From an uncultured Bacteroidaceae bacterium (GTDB lineage Bacteria; Bacteroidota; Bacteroidia; Bacteroidales; SM23-62), in NCBI GenBank assembly GCA_964420035.1, contig CAYQQR010000018.1, forward strand, positions 5,027 through 69,026: a DNA stretch of 64,000 nucleotides. The letters are read 5' to 3'. The number at the start of each line of letters is the position of its first letter. Position 1 is the stretch's first letter. The notes beneath the pieces were generated by a model. The model had not been told where the DNA came from. It searched no databases and was given only the letters and a program-made list of their open reading frames with translations. Position numbers and translations under genes: made by a program. Positions 8,641 to 17,866 of this stretch are shown one piece after another.

Positions 8641-11136
8641 TTATAAATCCAGTTTAACCAGGGTGACTCCTGTCCCGCCCTGTTGTATATGTTCATCCCG
8701 GTAGTTGCTCACAATGTCAACTGATTGAAGATAATCGCGGATCACCTGCCGGAGTATCCCGTCACCTTTCCCGTGTAATATACGAAGTTTCGCGACATTC
8801 ACCACCACGGCTTCATCTATGAAGTCCGCGACTTCCTGCATTGCCTCCCCTGCTCTTTTACCTCTGACATCTATTTCGGGCCTGAATTTCAATTTTCTCT
8901 TTCCCGGGTCCCAGTCGCCATAAGAACCCCTGGCGGCGGAACCGGAAACATTTTCCGGACCGGCAGTACCCACGGGGACCAGATCCTTCAAAGGCATGAT
9001 GGTCACCATGCTGCCCAGGCGGACGCGGGCCCTGTCGTTTAATATCTCCAGGACTTCGCCTGCCGCAGACCGGCCCTTGATGTTAACCCAACTTCCTTCC
9101 TCCAGCTTTGGAGGGACTACTTTCTTTTTATCGGCGGGCTTGCCACGAGGTTCCTCACCGCGGGACCTTTTGATCTTCTCCTGTTTCTTCTTTTGATTCC
9201 TGACCTTTTCCAGTTTGCTGTTGACCAGCTTCGATGAACCGGTCTTGTCCCGTACTTCCCGCGAGAGGTTTTCCAGTTTTTTCCGCGCAGCGCGCGTTCT
9301 TTCTTTCTCTGCCCGGGCCTCCCGTATCTCCCGGATGGTATTTTCGATACGCCTGTTGACACCGGAAAGCATATTATCGGCCTCGCTCCTGGCCTTTTCA
9401 AGGATCTCCCTTTTTTGCTTATCAAGTTTTTCCAATTCCTTGCTATATTGTTCCAGCACTTCGTCCAGTTTCTTCTCTGCCTGACGGATACGCTTTCTTT
9501 TGTTCTCCCAGTATCTTTTGTCGCGTGCTATATCTTTCAGGTGTTTGTCAAATCCCACCTGCTCCTCCCCTACCAGGGATTCGGCTTTTTTAAGGATGTC
9601 TTCCGGCAGACCGATCTTTCGTGCGATCTCAAAGGCAAATGAGCTTCCGGGTTTACCGATCTCCAAACGAAACATAGGTTCCAGCTTGTTGTGATCAAAC
9701 AACATGGCCCCGTTTTGTATGCCAGGCGTTGAAGATGCAAAGTGCTTGAGATTGGTATAATGGGTGGTGACCACTCCGCAGGTGCCGGAATGATTCAGGG
9801 AGGCAAGAATACTTTCTGCAATGGCCCCTCCAAGCATGGGTTCCGTTCCGGTACCGAATTCATCGATAAGCACCAGACTGTTCTTTCCTGCATTTTTGAG
9901 GAAGCACTTCATGTTCAACAGTCTTGAGCTGTATGTGCTCAGATCGTTTTCAATGGATTGCTCATCCCCCATATCCATATAGATGTCCTGGAAAATTCCC
10001 ATTTGGGAACGTTCATCCATGGAAACGAGGCACCCGCATTGCATCATGTACTGGAGGAGTCCGACCGTCTGAAGACAAACGGATTTTCCGCCTGCATTCG
10101 GACCGGAGATAACCAGCATCCTTTGTTCCCGGTTCAGGATCATGTCCATGGAAACCACCGTCCGGTCTTCCTTTTTGAAGGCCAGGAAAAGTAAAGGATG
10201 AAAGGCATTCTGCCAATCCATTTCCGGAGCCTTCAGTAGTTCCGGTCTTGCTGCATTGATGCTCAGTGCAAAACGGGCCTTGGCCCTTAGCAGGTCGAGG
10301 GTGCCGAACAGGGCTGCCGACTCGTTCAATTCGGGCGTATAGGGACGAATGACTTTGGTTACTTCCAACAGTATTTTCGTAATCTCCCTTTTCTCGGCAT
10401 ACTCCAGTTCCCTTAGCTCATTATTGATATCAACAACCTCCTGGGGCTCAATAAAGGAGGTCTTACCGGTGGCTGACTCATCGTGAATGATTCCCGCGAC
10501 ACGGCGTTTGTTTATTGCAGGAACCGGCACGACAGGTCGCCCGTTGCGCAAGGCAACCCGGGCCTCGCTGTCAATCAGGTCGTCACCGCGCAAAACCCTG
10601 ACAATCCTTTCCATGCGGCTGTTTACCTCCGATTGTTTGGTGGTCATGGTCTTACGTATACGCTTAAGCTCAGGCGAAGCACTGTTCTTTACCTGATTGT
10701 TCCGGTCCAGTATAAGGTCGATACGGTCGGTTATGGCCGGATAGAATTTTATGCCCGCGATGATACCGGAGAGCTTCGGGTACAGTTCACGCTCATCTTT
10801 TCTGAAGAAGCGGACCACGGATTTAAGTGCGGAGAGGGAACTACGGAAGGAAGCCAGTTCTTCAACGCTCAAAAAGCTTCCCTCGGGCTGTACGCGTTTT
10901 AGCGCCGGACGATAATCTTCAAATGGATCGGAAGGAAAAATACGCTCTGAAAGCAGGATGAGCCTGAATTCTTCCGTCGGCTGCAACTCCTTCGAAATGG
11001 CATCATAATCTGTAAGAAAACGAATTTCTTCCACTGCATCTGCACCTGCAGTAGAGTCACATTGATCACGGATCAGTTCCCGTATCCGGTCGAAGCCGAT
11101 CTTCTCCTCGAAATTTGGCGGGTAAGTATGAGCCAT
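8641..11136 (-). CDS. mutS2: Endonuclease MutS2 / ribosome-collision rescue factor (Smr domain)
   Basis: IIHDESATGKTSFIEP, Walker A ISGPNAGGKS, LIDEFGTGT, coiled coil, C-terminal Smr IDVRG..ILHGKGDGILR. Confidence 0.95.
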   Translation of the reverse strand: MAHTYPPNFEEKIGFDRIRELIRDQCDSTAGADAVEEIRFLTDYDAISKELQPTEEFRLILLSERIFPSDPFEDYRPALKRVQPEGSFLSVEELASFRSSLSALKSVVRFFRKDERELYPKLSGIIAGIKFYPAITDRIDLILDRNNQVKNSASPELKRIRKTMTTKQSEVNSRMERIVRVLRGDDLIDSEARVALRNGRPVVPVPAINKRRVAGIIHDESATGKTSFIEPQEVVDINNELRELEYAEKREITKILLEVTKVIRPYTPELNESAALFGTLDLLRAKARFALSINAARPELLKAPEMDWQNAFHPLLFLAFKKEDRTVVSMDMILNREQRMLVISGPNAGGKSVCLQTVGLLQYMMQCGCLVSMDERSQMGIFQDIYMDMGDEQSIENDLSTYSSRLLNMKCFLKNAGKNSLVLIDEFGTGTEPMLGGAIAESILASLNHSGTCGVVTTHYTNLKHFASSTPGIQNGAMLFDHNKLEPMFRLEIGKPGSSFAFEIARKIGLPEDILKKAESLVGEEQVGFDKHLKDIARDKRYWENKRKRIRQAEKKLDEVLEQYSKELEKLDKQKREILEKARSEADNMLSGVNRRIENTIREIREARAEKERTRAARKKLENLSREVRDKTGSSKLVNSKLEKVRNQKKKQEKIKRSRGEEPRGKPADKKKVVPPKLEEGSWVNIKGRSAAGEVLEILNDRARVRLGSMVTIMPLKDLVPVGTAGPENVSGSAARGSYGDWDPGKRKLKFRPEIDVRGKRAGEAMQEVADFIDEAVVVNVAKLRILHGKGDGILRQVIRDYLQSVDIVSNYRDEHIQQGGTGVTLVKLDL

Positions 11137-11142
11137 TAACTT

Positions 11143-11150
11143 CAAAGATA
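11143..11150 (-). promoter_or_regulatory. Bacteroidota -7 promoter box (TATCTTTG) just upstream of mutS2
   Basis: Matches TAnnTTTG. Similar boxes at 14194-14201, 35067-35074, 37143-37150, 38954-38961, 45470-45477, 49224-49231 and 62611-62618 (minus), and 51832-51839 (plus). Confidence 0.6.
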
Positions 11151-11182
11151 ATCAATAACAAGCTTACGCTTGAAATTCGAAT

Positions 11183-11884
11183 TTATTTGTTTTTCTTCCA
11201 GAAAAACAAAATGCCTGCCCAGATAACGAGGAGGCCGGTGATGAAGATGATCCAGGGGAAACGATCGGGAATATAGTTGATGGCCAGGTCGTGCAGTTCT
11301 TTGCCGGGCAGGGTCCATATCTCAGGAAAATCGTAATTGGACAGGATGTAGGAAGAATAATCCCAGGTAAATCCAACGACCAGGACAACCGAACCCAGTA
11401 TCAGCAGCAACCAGGACAATCCGGGCATACGAACCCCGCCGTGTTTCCGGTCCAGGTACACGATCAGCAAGGCAAACAAGATCATGGTGAGGGAAACGAT
11501 AATCGGGGAGATCACCGGTCCGACCCAGGTTACCGGGATCATAAAAAGAATATCCCAGGTCATGAGGGATTCCGGCCAGTTCAGGAGAACCTTCAGAAAT
11601 ACATAATAGAATAGGTCCCATACGGCAAAACAATACAGGAACCAGCCAAAGCGCGTTGAGAAATTTCGCCCCGTTATAATGCCCACGGACAAAAGTATAA
11701 TAAGAGTTGAAGTTTCACGAAAGACCTCGGTCAGAACCAGGTGGGGCTCCATGGGAGCCAGGGGAAACTGAAATCCCTGGGGATAAAGCATCTCCCGTAA
11801 ATACACCACCACCGAGGTTTCCATGAAGGCAAAGGAAATGCTGAAGATGGTCAGCCATACAAATTGTCTTCGAATTTTGGACAT
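11183..11884 (-). CDS. Conserved hypothetical multi-pass membrane protein
   Basis: Several hydrophobic helices; ETSVVVYLR, WDLFYYVFL, WDILFMIPVTWVGPV. Confidence 0.7.
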   Translation of the reverse strand: MSKIRRQFVWLTIFSISFAFMETSVVVYLREMLYPQGFQFPLAPMEPHLVLTEVFRETSTLIILLSVGIITGRNFSTRFGWFLYCFAVWDLFYYVFLKVLLNWPESLMTWDILFMIPVTWVGPVISPIIVSLTMILFALLIVYLDRKHGGVRMPGLSWLLLILGSVVLVVGFTWDYSSYILSNYDFPEIWTLPGKELHDLAINYIPDRFPWIIFITGLLVIWAGILFFWKKNK

Positions 11885-11921
11885 ATTAATAATTCATTTC
11901 ACCTCTCCGCCCATTCTCAGA

Positions 11922-11961
11922 AGGTTCCTTGGTTCCCTGCCGGCAGGGAACCAAGGAACCT
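11922..11961. repeat. Perfect 40-bp loop-less palindrome
   Basis: AGGTTCCTTGGTTCCCTGCC|GGCAGGGAACCAAGGAACCT. Confidence 0.9.
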
Positions 11962-12013
11962 CAATTAGACAAGATTGGGTAGTTAGTCATTTATTCAATA
12001 AATCGCATGATAA

Positions 12014-14146
12014 TTACTCCTTTATTTCCAGCAGTTTGAGCATAAAAGCATATTCCATCGCGGTCTCCCTGTATTGCCTGAAGCGTCCCGACCGGCCCGA
12101 GTGACCCGCTTCCATGTTGGTGTGCAACAGTATCATGTTGTCATCGGTCTTGACATCCCTTAACTTCGCCACCCATTTGGCAGGTTCCCAGTATTGTACC
12201 TGGGAATCGTGCAATCCTGTCGTGACCAGTATATTCGGACAATCTTTGGCTTCTATGTTATCATAGGGGGAATAAGAAAGCATATAATCGTAATACTCCT
12301 TGTGGTTTGGATTTCCCCATTCATCATATTCCCCGGTAGTGAGGGGGATGCTTTCGTCTAGCATGGTGGTTACGACATCCACGAAAGGAACGGCAGCAAT
12401 CACGCCTTCAAATAACCCGGGGGCCATATTCACCACGGCGCCCATGAGCAATCCGCCTGCACTGCCTCCCATTGCGAATAACTTATCAGGATTGGTGTAA
12501 TTCTGATCAATAAGGTACTCAGCGCAATCGATAAAATCAGTGAAGGTATTTTTTTTGTTCAGCAATTTCCCGTCTTCATACCATTCCCTCCCGTGGATCT
12601 GGCTTCCGCGAACATGGGCAATGGCATACACAAAGCCCCGGTCCAGCAGACTTAAGCGGTTGGAACGAAAATAAGGATCAATGGTGTGCCCATAAGATCC
12701 GTAGCCATAGAGCAAGGCAGGGTTGTTCCCATCCAGTTTGAGGCCCTTGCGATAAACCAGGGAAATGGGGATCTTCTTTCCGTCATCTGCTGTTGCATAC
12801 AGTCTTTTGGCTTCGTAATTGTCGGGATCGAAGTCACCAATCACTTCGTCTCTCTTTTTCAGCTCTTTTTCGCGCGTTTCCATATTATAATCATAGGTGG
12901 AACGCGGGGTGGTCAGGGAAGAATAGATGTACCTTAATTCTTTGGTATCAAAATCCGGGTTGGTCCCGATATAGGCTACATAGACTTCCTCATCAAATTC
13001 CACGTAATGCTCTTCCCCGTCCCAGGGTTTGATTCGCAGGTTATTGAGCCCGTCTTTCCGCTCAGAGACTACCAGGTAATCTTTAAATATTTCGATACCG
13101 TTCAGGTAAACATCGCTCCGGTGGGGGATCACTTCGGTCCAGTTATCTTTTGTGGTTGCGGTAACCGGTGTTTTCATCAGCCTGAAATTTTTGGCATCCC
13201 AGTTGGTTACAATGTAAAAATGATCCGCGTAATGGTCCACGGAATATTCATGCAACCGTTCCCGGGGCTGGAGAACCTTGAATTCTCCGGTGGGATTATT
13301 GGCATCTAAAAACCTGTATTCCGAGGAAAGGGTTGCATAGCTGGCGATCATGATATACTTATCCGATTTGGTTTTAAATACAAGGCTGTTGAATGTTTCA
13401 TCTTCTTCATGATAGATCATCGAATCGTCCTTTCCGCTGCCCATTTCATGTCTGTAAATCTTTTCCGGTCTGAGCGTTGTTTCATTTTTCCGTGTATAGA
13501 AAACGGTCTTATTATCATTGGCCCAGGGGGCATACCCGGTGGTCATGGGAATGGTTTCATCCAGGATCTTGCCCGTCTTTAAGTTTTTGAAATAGATGGT
13601 ATATTTTCTGCGGCTCACCGTATCCAAGCCATAGGCCAGCCATTGGTTGTCGGGACTGACACTCAGTCCGCTGATATTATAGTAATCATAACCTTCTGCC
13701 ATCTCGTTTACATTGAGCATGATCTCTTCATTGGCTTCCAAAGTCTCTTTTTTTCTGCAGAATATAGGATATTCCTTTTCTTCTTCATAACGCACATAGT
13801 ACCAATACCCATTGTCTTTGTAAGGGACCGACTCATCATCCTGCTTGATCCGCCCCACGATCTCTTCATAAAGTTTTTCCTGGAGCTCCTCCGTATCTTC
13901 GAGCATGGCTTCCTTGTATTTGTTCTCGGCTTCCAGGTAGGCGACCACTTCCGGATCTTCCCGGTTGTTCAACCAGTAATAGGGATCCATTCGGGTATCC
14001 CCGTGCATGATCAGTTCTTTCGGCTGCTTCTTGGCAACAGGAGGTTTCATGTCAGATTCTTTTTTACCGTTTTTACAGGAATAAAGTAGTATTCCCAGTG
14101 CGCAAAATGCGCATACTAATATCAAATAACGCTTAATCAGTAACAT
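12014..14146 (-). CDS. ptrB: Oligopeptidase B (S9A), probable lipoprotein
   Basis: HGDTRMDPYYWL, GGSAGGLL nucleophile, HDSQVQYWEPAKW, EAGHSG; lipobox-like LYSC. Confidence 0.93.
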   Translation of the reverse strand: MLLIKRYLILVCAFCALGILLYSCKNGKKESDMKPPVAKKQPKELIMHGDTRMDPYYWLNNREDPEVVAYLEAENKYKEAMLEDTEELQEKLYEEIVGRIKQDDESVPYKDNGYWYYVRYEEEKEYPIFCRKKETLEANEEIMLNVNEMAEGYDYYNISGLSVSPDNQWLAYGLDTVSRRKYTIYFKNLKTGKILDETIPMTTGYAPWANDNKTVFYTRKNETTLRPEKIYRHEMGSGKDDSMIYHEEDETFNSLVFKTKSDKYIMIASYATLSSEYRFLDANNPTGEFKVLQPRERLHEYSVDHYADHFYIVTNWDAKNFRLMKTPVTATTKDNWTEVIPHRSDVYLNGIEIFKDYLVVSERKDGLNNLRIKPWDGEEHYVEFDEEVYVAYIGTNPDFDTKELRYIYSSLTTPRSTYDYNMETREKELKKRDEVIGDFDPDNYEAKRLYATADDGKKIPISLVYRKGLKLDGNNPALLYGYGSYGHTIDPYFRSNRLSLLDRGFVYAIAHVRGSQIHGREWYEDGKLLNKKNTFTDFIDCAEYLIDQNYTNPDKLFAMGGSAGGLLMGAVVNMAPGLFEGVIAAVPFVDVVTTMLDESIPLTTGEYDEWGNPNHKEYYDYMLSYSPYDNIEAKDCPNILVTTGLHDSQVQYWEPAKWVAKLRDVKTDDNMILLHTNMEAGHSGRSGRFRQYRETAMEYAFMLKLLEIKE

Positions 14147-14206
14147 GGTTTATATATGATTTTAGGATATTTTGCACAATTTATAGAGAAGTTCAAAGAT
14201 ACAAAT

Positions 14207-14290
14207 TGTTGTCGGTTGTCGGTTTGGTTTCTACTTTGGTAATAAACTAAGAACTGAAAACTGAAAACTGAGAACTGAGAACTAAAAACC
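14207..14290. repeat. Heptamer tandem repeats (TTGTCGG)n and (AACTGAA/AACTGAG)n
   Basis: ttgttgtcggttgtcggtttgg...aactaagaactgaaaactgaaaactgagaactgagaactaaaaacc. Confidence 0.8.
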
Positions 14291-14332
14291 ATAATTTTAC
14301 TAACTTGTACATGAATCCAAAATCCCAATATC

Positions 14333-15172
14333 ATGAAAAAATTGCTCCCCATTTTCCTTGTTGTCCTGATCGGGTGCGGGCAGTATGAAAGCAAAAATGC
14401 CGCACCGGATGAATATGCCATCAAAGAAAGCGGAATGGAACGTTCCGTGAGCGTTAAAGAAGCACCTGCTTCGCCGGATGAGCAGGAAACAATTCCTGAA
14501 CAGGAGGTTGAAAAAAAGATCATCAAGGACGGGCACATGACCATCCGTTCCGATGATATTCAGGCAACAAAAAACCTTATTGATTCCCTTGTGGACCTGG
14601 CAGGGGGATATTATGCAAAGGAATCCTTTTCAGAAGAAGAAACGCGAAAGAACTACAATCTGCGCATCCGGATTCCGGCAGCGCAGTATGAAGGATTTAT
14701 TAAAAAACTGGAGCAGGGACCCGGCAATATTGAGAATAAAACCATAGAAGCCAAGGATGTGACGGAAGAATATTACGACATCAAAGCCAGAATGGAAGCC
14801 GACAAGGAACTGGAACAGCGGTTGCTGCAGATACTGCAAAAGGCCACCACGGTGGAAGATATCCTGAAAGTGGAGCAAAAACTGGCCGATGTCCGCGAAG
14901 AAATCGAAGCCCGTGAAGGAAGATTGAAATATTTTGACAGCCGGGTAGCATTTTCAAGCCTTAACATATGGCTGTACCAGAAGGTCGAAAAGAAATATAA
15001 ACCTGAAAAGAGAAGCAATTTCTTTCAGCGGCTGGTACGATCGGTCCACAAAGGCTGGCTGGCCCTGTTGGATTTCCTCCTTTTCGTAATCAGGCTGTGG
15101 CCCTTCTGGTTGCTGTTGTACCTGGGTTTCAGAATATACCGGTATTTCAGGAGAAGGGGGAAAAGAAAGTAG
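14333..15172 (+). CDS. DUF4349-domain lipoprotein with C-terminal membrane anchor
   Basis: Lipobox LIGC, KKIIKDG, IRIPA, DVTEEYYD, coiled coil, C-terminal TM helix and basic tail. Confidence 0.8.
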   Translation: MKKLLPIFLVVLIGCGQYESKNAAPDEYAIKESGMERSVSVKEAPASPDEQETIPEQEVEKKIIKDGHMTIRSDDIQATKNLIDSLVDLAGGYYAKESFSEEETRKNYNLRIRIPAAQYEGFIKKLEQGPGNIENKTIEAKDVTEEYYDIKARMEADKELEQRLLQILQKATTVEDILKVEQKLADVREEIEAREGRLKYFDSRVAFSSLNIWLYQKVEKKYKPEKRSNFFQRLVRSVHKGWLALLDFLLFVIRLWPFWLLLYLGFRIYRYFRRRGKRK

Positions 15173-15253
15173 GCAGTTGGCAGTTGCAGTTGGCAGTAAT
15201 GTGAAATAATTCATAACTTACGATTCATTCCAACAACCTAAACTCATATTATC

Positions 15254-15427
15254 ATGAAACTTTTCACTTACATTCTGGGCACGATAGCAGGTATGCTTGC
15301 CTCTATCGGTTTACTTTTTAAAATGCAACACTGGCCGGGTGCGGGTATTATGCTCGTAATAGGCCTTGTAGGCATTGTCATTTTCATACCGGTCTATGCA
15401 ATCTATCGATACAAGAAAGAAGACTAG
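15254..15427 (+). CDS. 57-aa two-helix membrane microprotein resembling the GldL N-terminal domain
   Basis: Below the ORF-track cutoff. MKLFTYILGTIAGMLASIGLLFKMQHWPGAGIMLVIGLVGIVIFIPVYAIYRYKKED*; the GxLFKxxHWPGA motif is as in GldL/PorL TM hairpins. Confidence 0.7.
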   Translation: MKLFTYILGTIAGMLASIGLLFKMQHWPGAGIMLVIGLVGIVIFIPVYAIYRYKKED

Positions 15428-15495
15428 GAGATTATTATTATCAGACTTATAGGGTAATTGGCATCAGGCACATTTAGCTTTATATTTCAATTTTC

Positions 15496-15699
15496 ATGTA
15501 CAGGGAAAGGCTCACGCGTTCGAATAAGCGGGTATTTGGCGGTGTTTGTGCCGGTATAGCCGAATATTTCGGCTGGGATACCGGTATCGTGCGTCTGGTT
15601 TATCTTCTGGTTACCCTTCTTTCTGCAGCCTTTCCGGGCGTGATTGTCTACATTATCCTGTGGATCGTGATGCCACCACGAAATCCGTGGGAATATTGA
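15496..15699 (+). CDS. pspC: PspC-domain protein
   Basis: RLTRS..VFGGVCAGIAEYFGWD..VRL..YIILWIVMP. Confidence 0.88.
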   Translation: MYRERLTRSNKRVFGGVCAGIAEYFGWDTGIVRLVYLLVTLLSAAFPGVIVYIILWIVMPPRNPWEY

Positions 15700-15710
15700 T
15701 AATTCAGGAT

Positions 15711-17840
15711 TCAATCTGCTTCTTTCAACGAGAGTTGTATTCGTTTCCGATCTACGTCTACGGAGAGTACTTTGACTTTAACGTGTTCGTGGAGTTTGAC
15801 GATCTCGTTGGGGTCCCTGACAAAGCGGTTGGCCATCTGGGATATATGGACCAGTCCGTCCTGGTGCACCCCTAAATCGACGAAGGCACCGAAATTGGTA
15901 ATATTGGTAACAATCCCCGGGAGCACCATACCTTCTTTGAGATCTTCAATGCTGTGCACATCGGCAAACTCGAAAACCTTTATGCCTTCGCGGGGATCCC
16001 TGCCGGGTTTCCTGAGTTCCCTGATGATATCCTCAAGGGTGGGCAAACCAATCGGGCCTTCAATATAGTTCTGTAAATCAATCTGATCTATCAAGGCTTC
16101 ATTGGTGATCAGTTCGCTGACGGTCTTTCCCAGGTCCGCGGCCATCTTTTCAACGATATGATAGCTTTCCGGATGCACGGCACTGTTGTCGAGGGGCTGA
16201 TCCCCGTCTTCAATTCTCAGAAAACCGGCGCATTGCTCGAAGGCTTTTTCGCCCATCCGGGATACATTTAGCAATTCCTGCCGGTTTTTGAACGGACCGT
16301 TTTGTGTCCTGTACTGAACGATATTACCGGCCAGCTGCGGTCCCAGCCCGGATACATAGGTCAACAGATGCTTGCTTGCGGTGTTCAGAGAAACGCCCAC
16401 CTTGTTCACACAGCTTTCCACAACCTGACTCAGGGAATCCTGCAGCATATTTTGATCCACATCATGCTGATACTGTCCAACCCCGATGGATTTAGGATCG
16501 ATCTTTACCAGCTCGGCCAGCGGATCCATCAGTCTGCGCCCTATGGAAACGGCCCCCCGCACCGTTACATCGTATTCCGGAAACTCTTCCCGGGCAATTT
16601 TAGATGCTGAATAAACCGATGCCCCGGCTTCATTGACTACATAAACCCGCAAATTCCGGGAGAAAGGAATTCTTTTGATGAAAGATTCGGTTTCCCGGCT
16701 CGCGGTACCGTTTCCAATGGCAATGGCTTCGATCTCATAGACCTCGACCAGGTGGATGACCTTTTTCCTGGCCCCGATCCTGTCGTCATTAGGTGGATGG
16801 GGATAGATGGTCTCATTATGCAGGAGATCGCCCTGGCGGTTCAGGCATACTATTTTGCATCCGGTACGAAAACCCGGGTCGATAGCCAGCACATTTTTTT
16901 GTCCCAGGGGTGGGGCCATGAGCAACTGCCTGAGATTTTCAGCAAATACCCGGATGGCTTCACGATCGGCTTTTTCTTTGTATTTTTTCCTGAACTCATT
17001 CTCCATGGATGGCCCCAGCAGTCGTTTATAACTGTCGTTAACGGCCCGTTTTACCTGTTCCGAAACAGGACCTTCCCCTTTAACATACCAGGATTCAAGC
17101 TGTTCGACAAGCTCTTCTTCGGGAGGGGCAACGTGCAATTTCAGATAGCCTTCCTCTTCACCCCTCCGCATGGCCAGGAAGCGGTGGGAAGGACATTTCC
17201 GGAGGAGTTCTTTCCAGTCGAAATAATCCCTGTATTTTACCCCTTCCTCTTCTTTACCCTTACTCATGGCGGAAAAGATGAACGCCTTTCTGTCAAAAAT
17301 ATGTCGCAATGCTTCACGGGTACGTTTGTTTTCACTGACCCATTCTGCAATGATATCCCTGGCACCCTGAAGGGCCTCCTCAACACCGGGAACATTTTCG
17401 TTGATGTATTTTTCAGCCAGAAGTTCGGGACTTTCCTCTTCCTTTTGCTTCATGATCACTGCAGCCAGGGGCTCCAGTCCATGCTCACGGGCTACGGAGG
17501 CACGGGTCTTTTTCCTGGGCCGGTACGGAAGATAAATATCTTCAAGCTCTGTCAGGCTGGTTGCTTCCTGTATCTGTGCCCTTAGTTCATCGCTAAGCTT
17601 ACCCTGTTCTTCAATGGAGCTTGTAATAGCCGACCGACGTTTATCGATCTCCTGCAGTTTTCCAAGCCGGTCCCGGACCTGTCCTACCTTCACCTCGTCC
17701 ATGCTGCCGGTGGATTCCTTCCGGTAACGGCTGATGAAGGGTATGGTGGCACCGTCTTTCAGCAGCAATATGGTATTGCTGACATGTTCCGGTTGCAGAT
17801 CAAGTTCTCCGGCGATTATTTCGTGATATTCTTTATTCAT
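15711..17840 (-). CDS. tex: Tex-family RNA-binding transcriptional accessory protein
   Basis: GATIPFISRYRKE, DPGFRTGCK, GASVYSAS, SIGVGQYQHDV, C-terminal S1 domain. Confidence 0.93.
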   Translation of the reverse strand: MNKEYHEIIAGELDLQPEHVSNTILLLKDGATIPFISRYRKESTGSMDEVKVGQVRDRLGKLQEIDKRRSAITSSIEEQGKLSDELRAQIQEATSLTELEDIYLPYRPRKKTRASVAREHGLEPLAAVIMKQKEEESPELLAEKYINENVPGVEEALQGARDIIAEWVSENKRTREALRHIFDRKAFIFSAMSKGKEEEGVKYRDYFDWKELLRKCPSHRFLAMRRGEEEGYLKLHVAPPEEELVEQLESWYVKGEGPVSEQVKRAVNDSYKRLLGPSMENEFRKKYKEKADREAIRVFAENLRQLLMAPPLGQKNVLAIDPGFRTGCKIVCLNRQGDLLHNETIYPHPPNDDRIGARKKVIHLVEVYEIEAIAIGNGTASRETESFIKRIPFSRNLRVYVVNEAGASVYSASKIAREEFPEYDVTVRGAVSIGRRLMDPLAELVKIDPKSIGVGQYQHDVDQNMLQDSLSQVVESCVNKVGVSLNTASKHLLTYVSGLGPQLAGNIVQYRTQNGPFKNRQELLNVSRMGEKAFEQCAGFLRIEDGDQPLDNSAVHPESYHIVEKMAADLGKTVSELITNEALIDQIDLQNYIEGPIGLPTLEDIIRELRKPGRDPREGIKVFEFADVHSIEDLKEGMVLPGIVTNITNFGAFVDLGVHQDGLVHISQMANRFVRDPNEIVKLHEHVKVKVLSVDVDRKRIQLSLKEAD

Positions 17841-17866
17841 GTGGGTATTCGTTCGTTAAAACAAGC

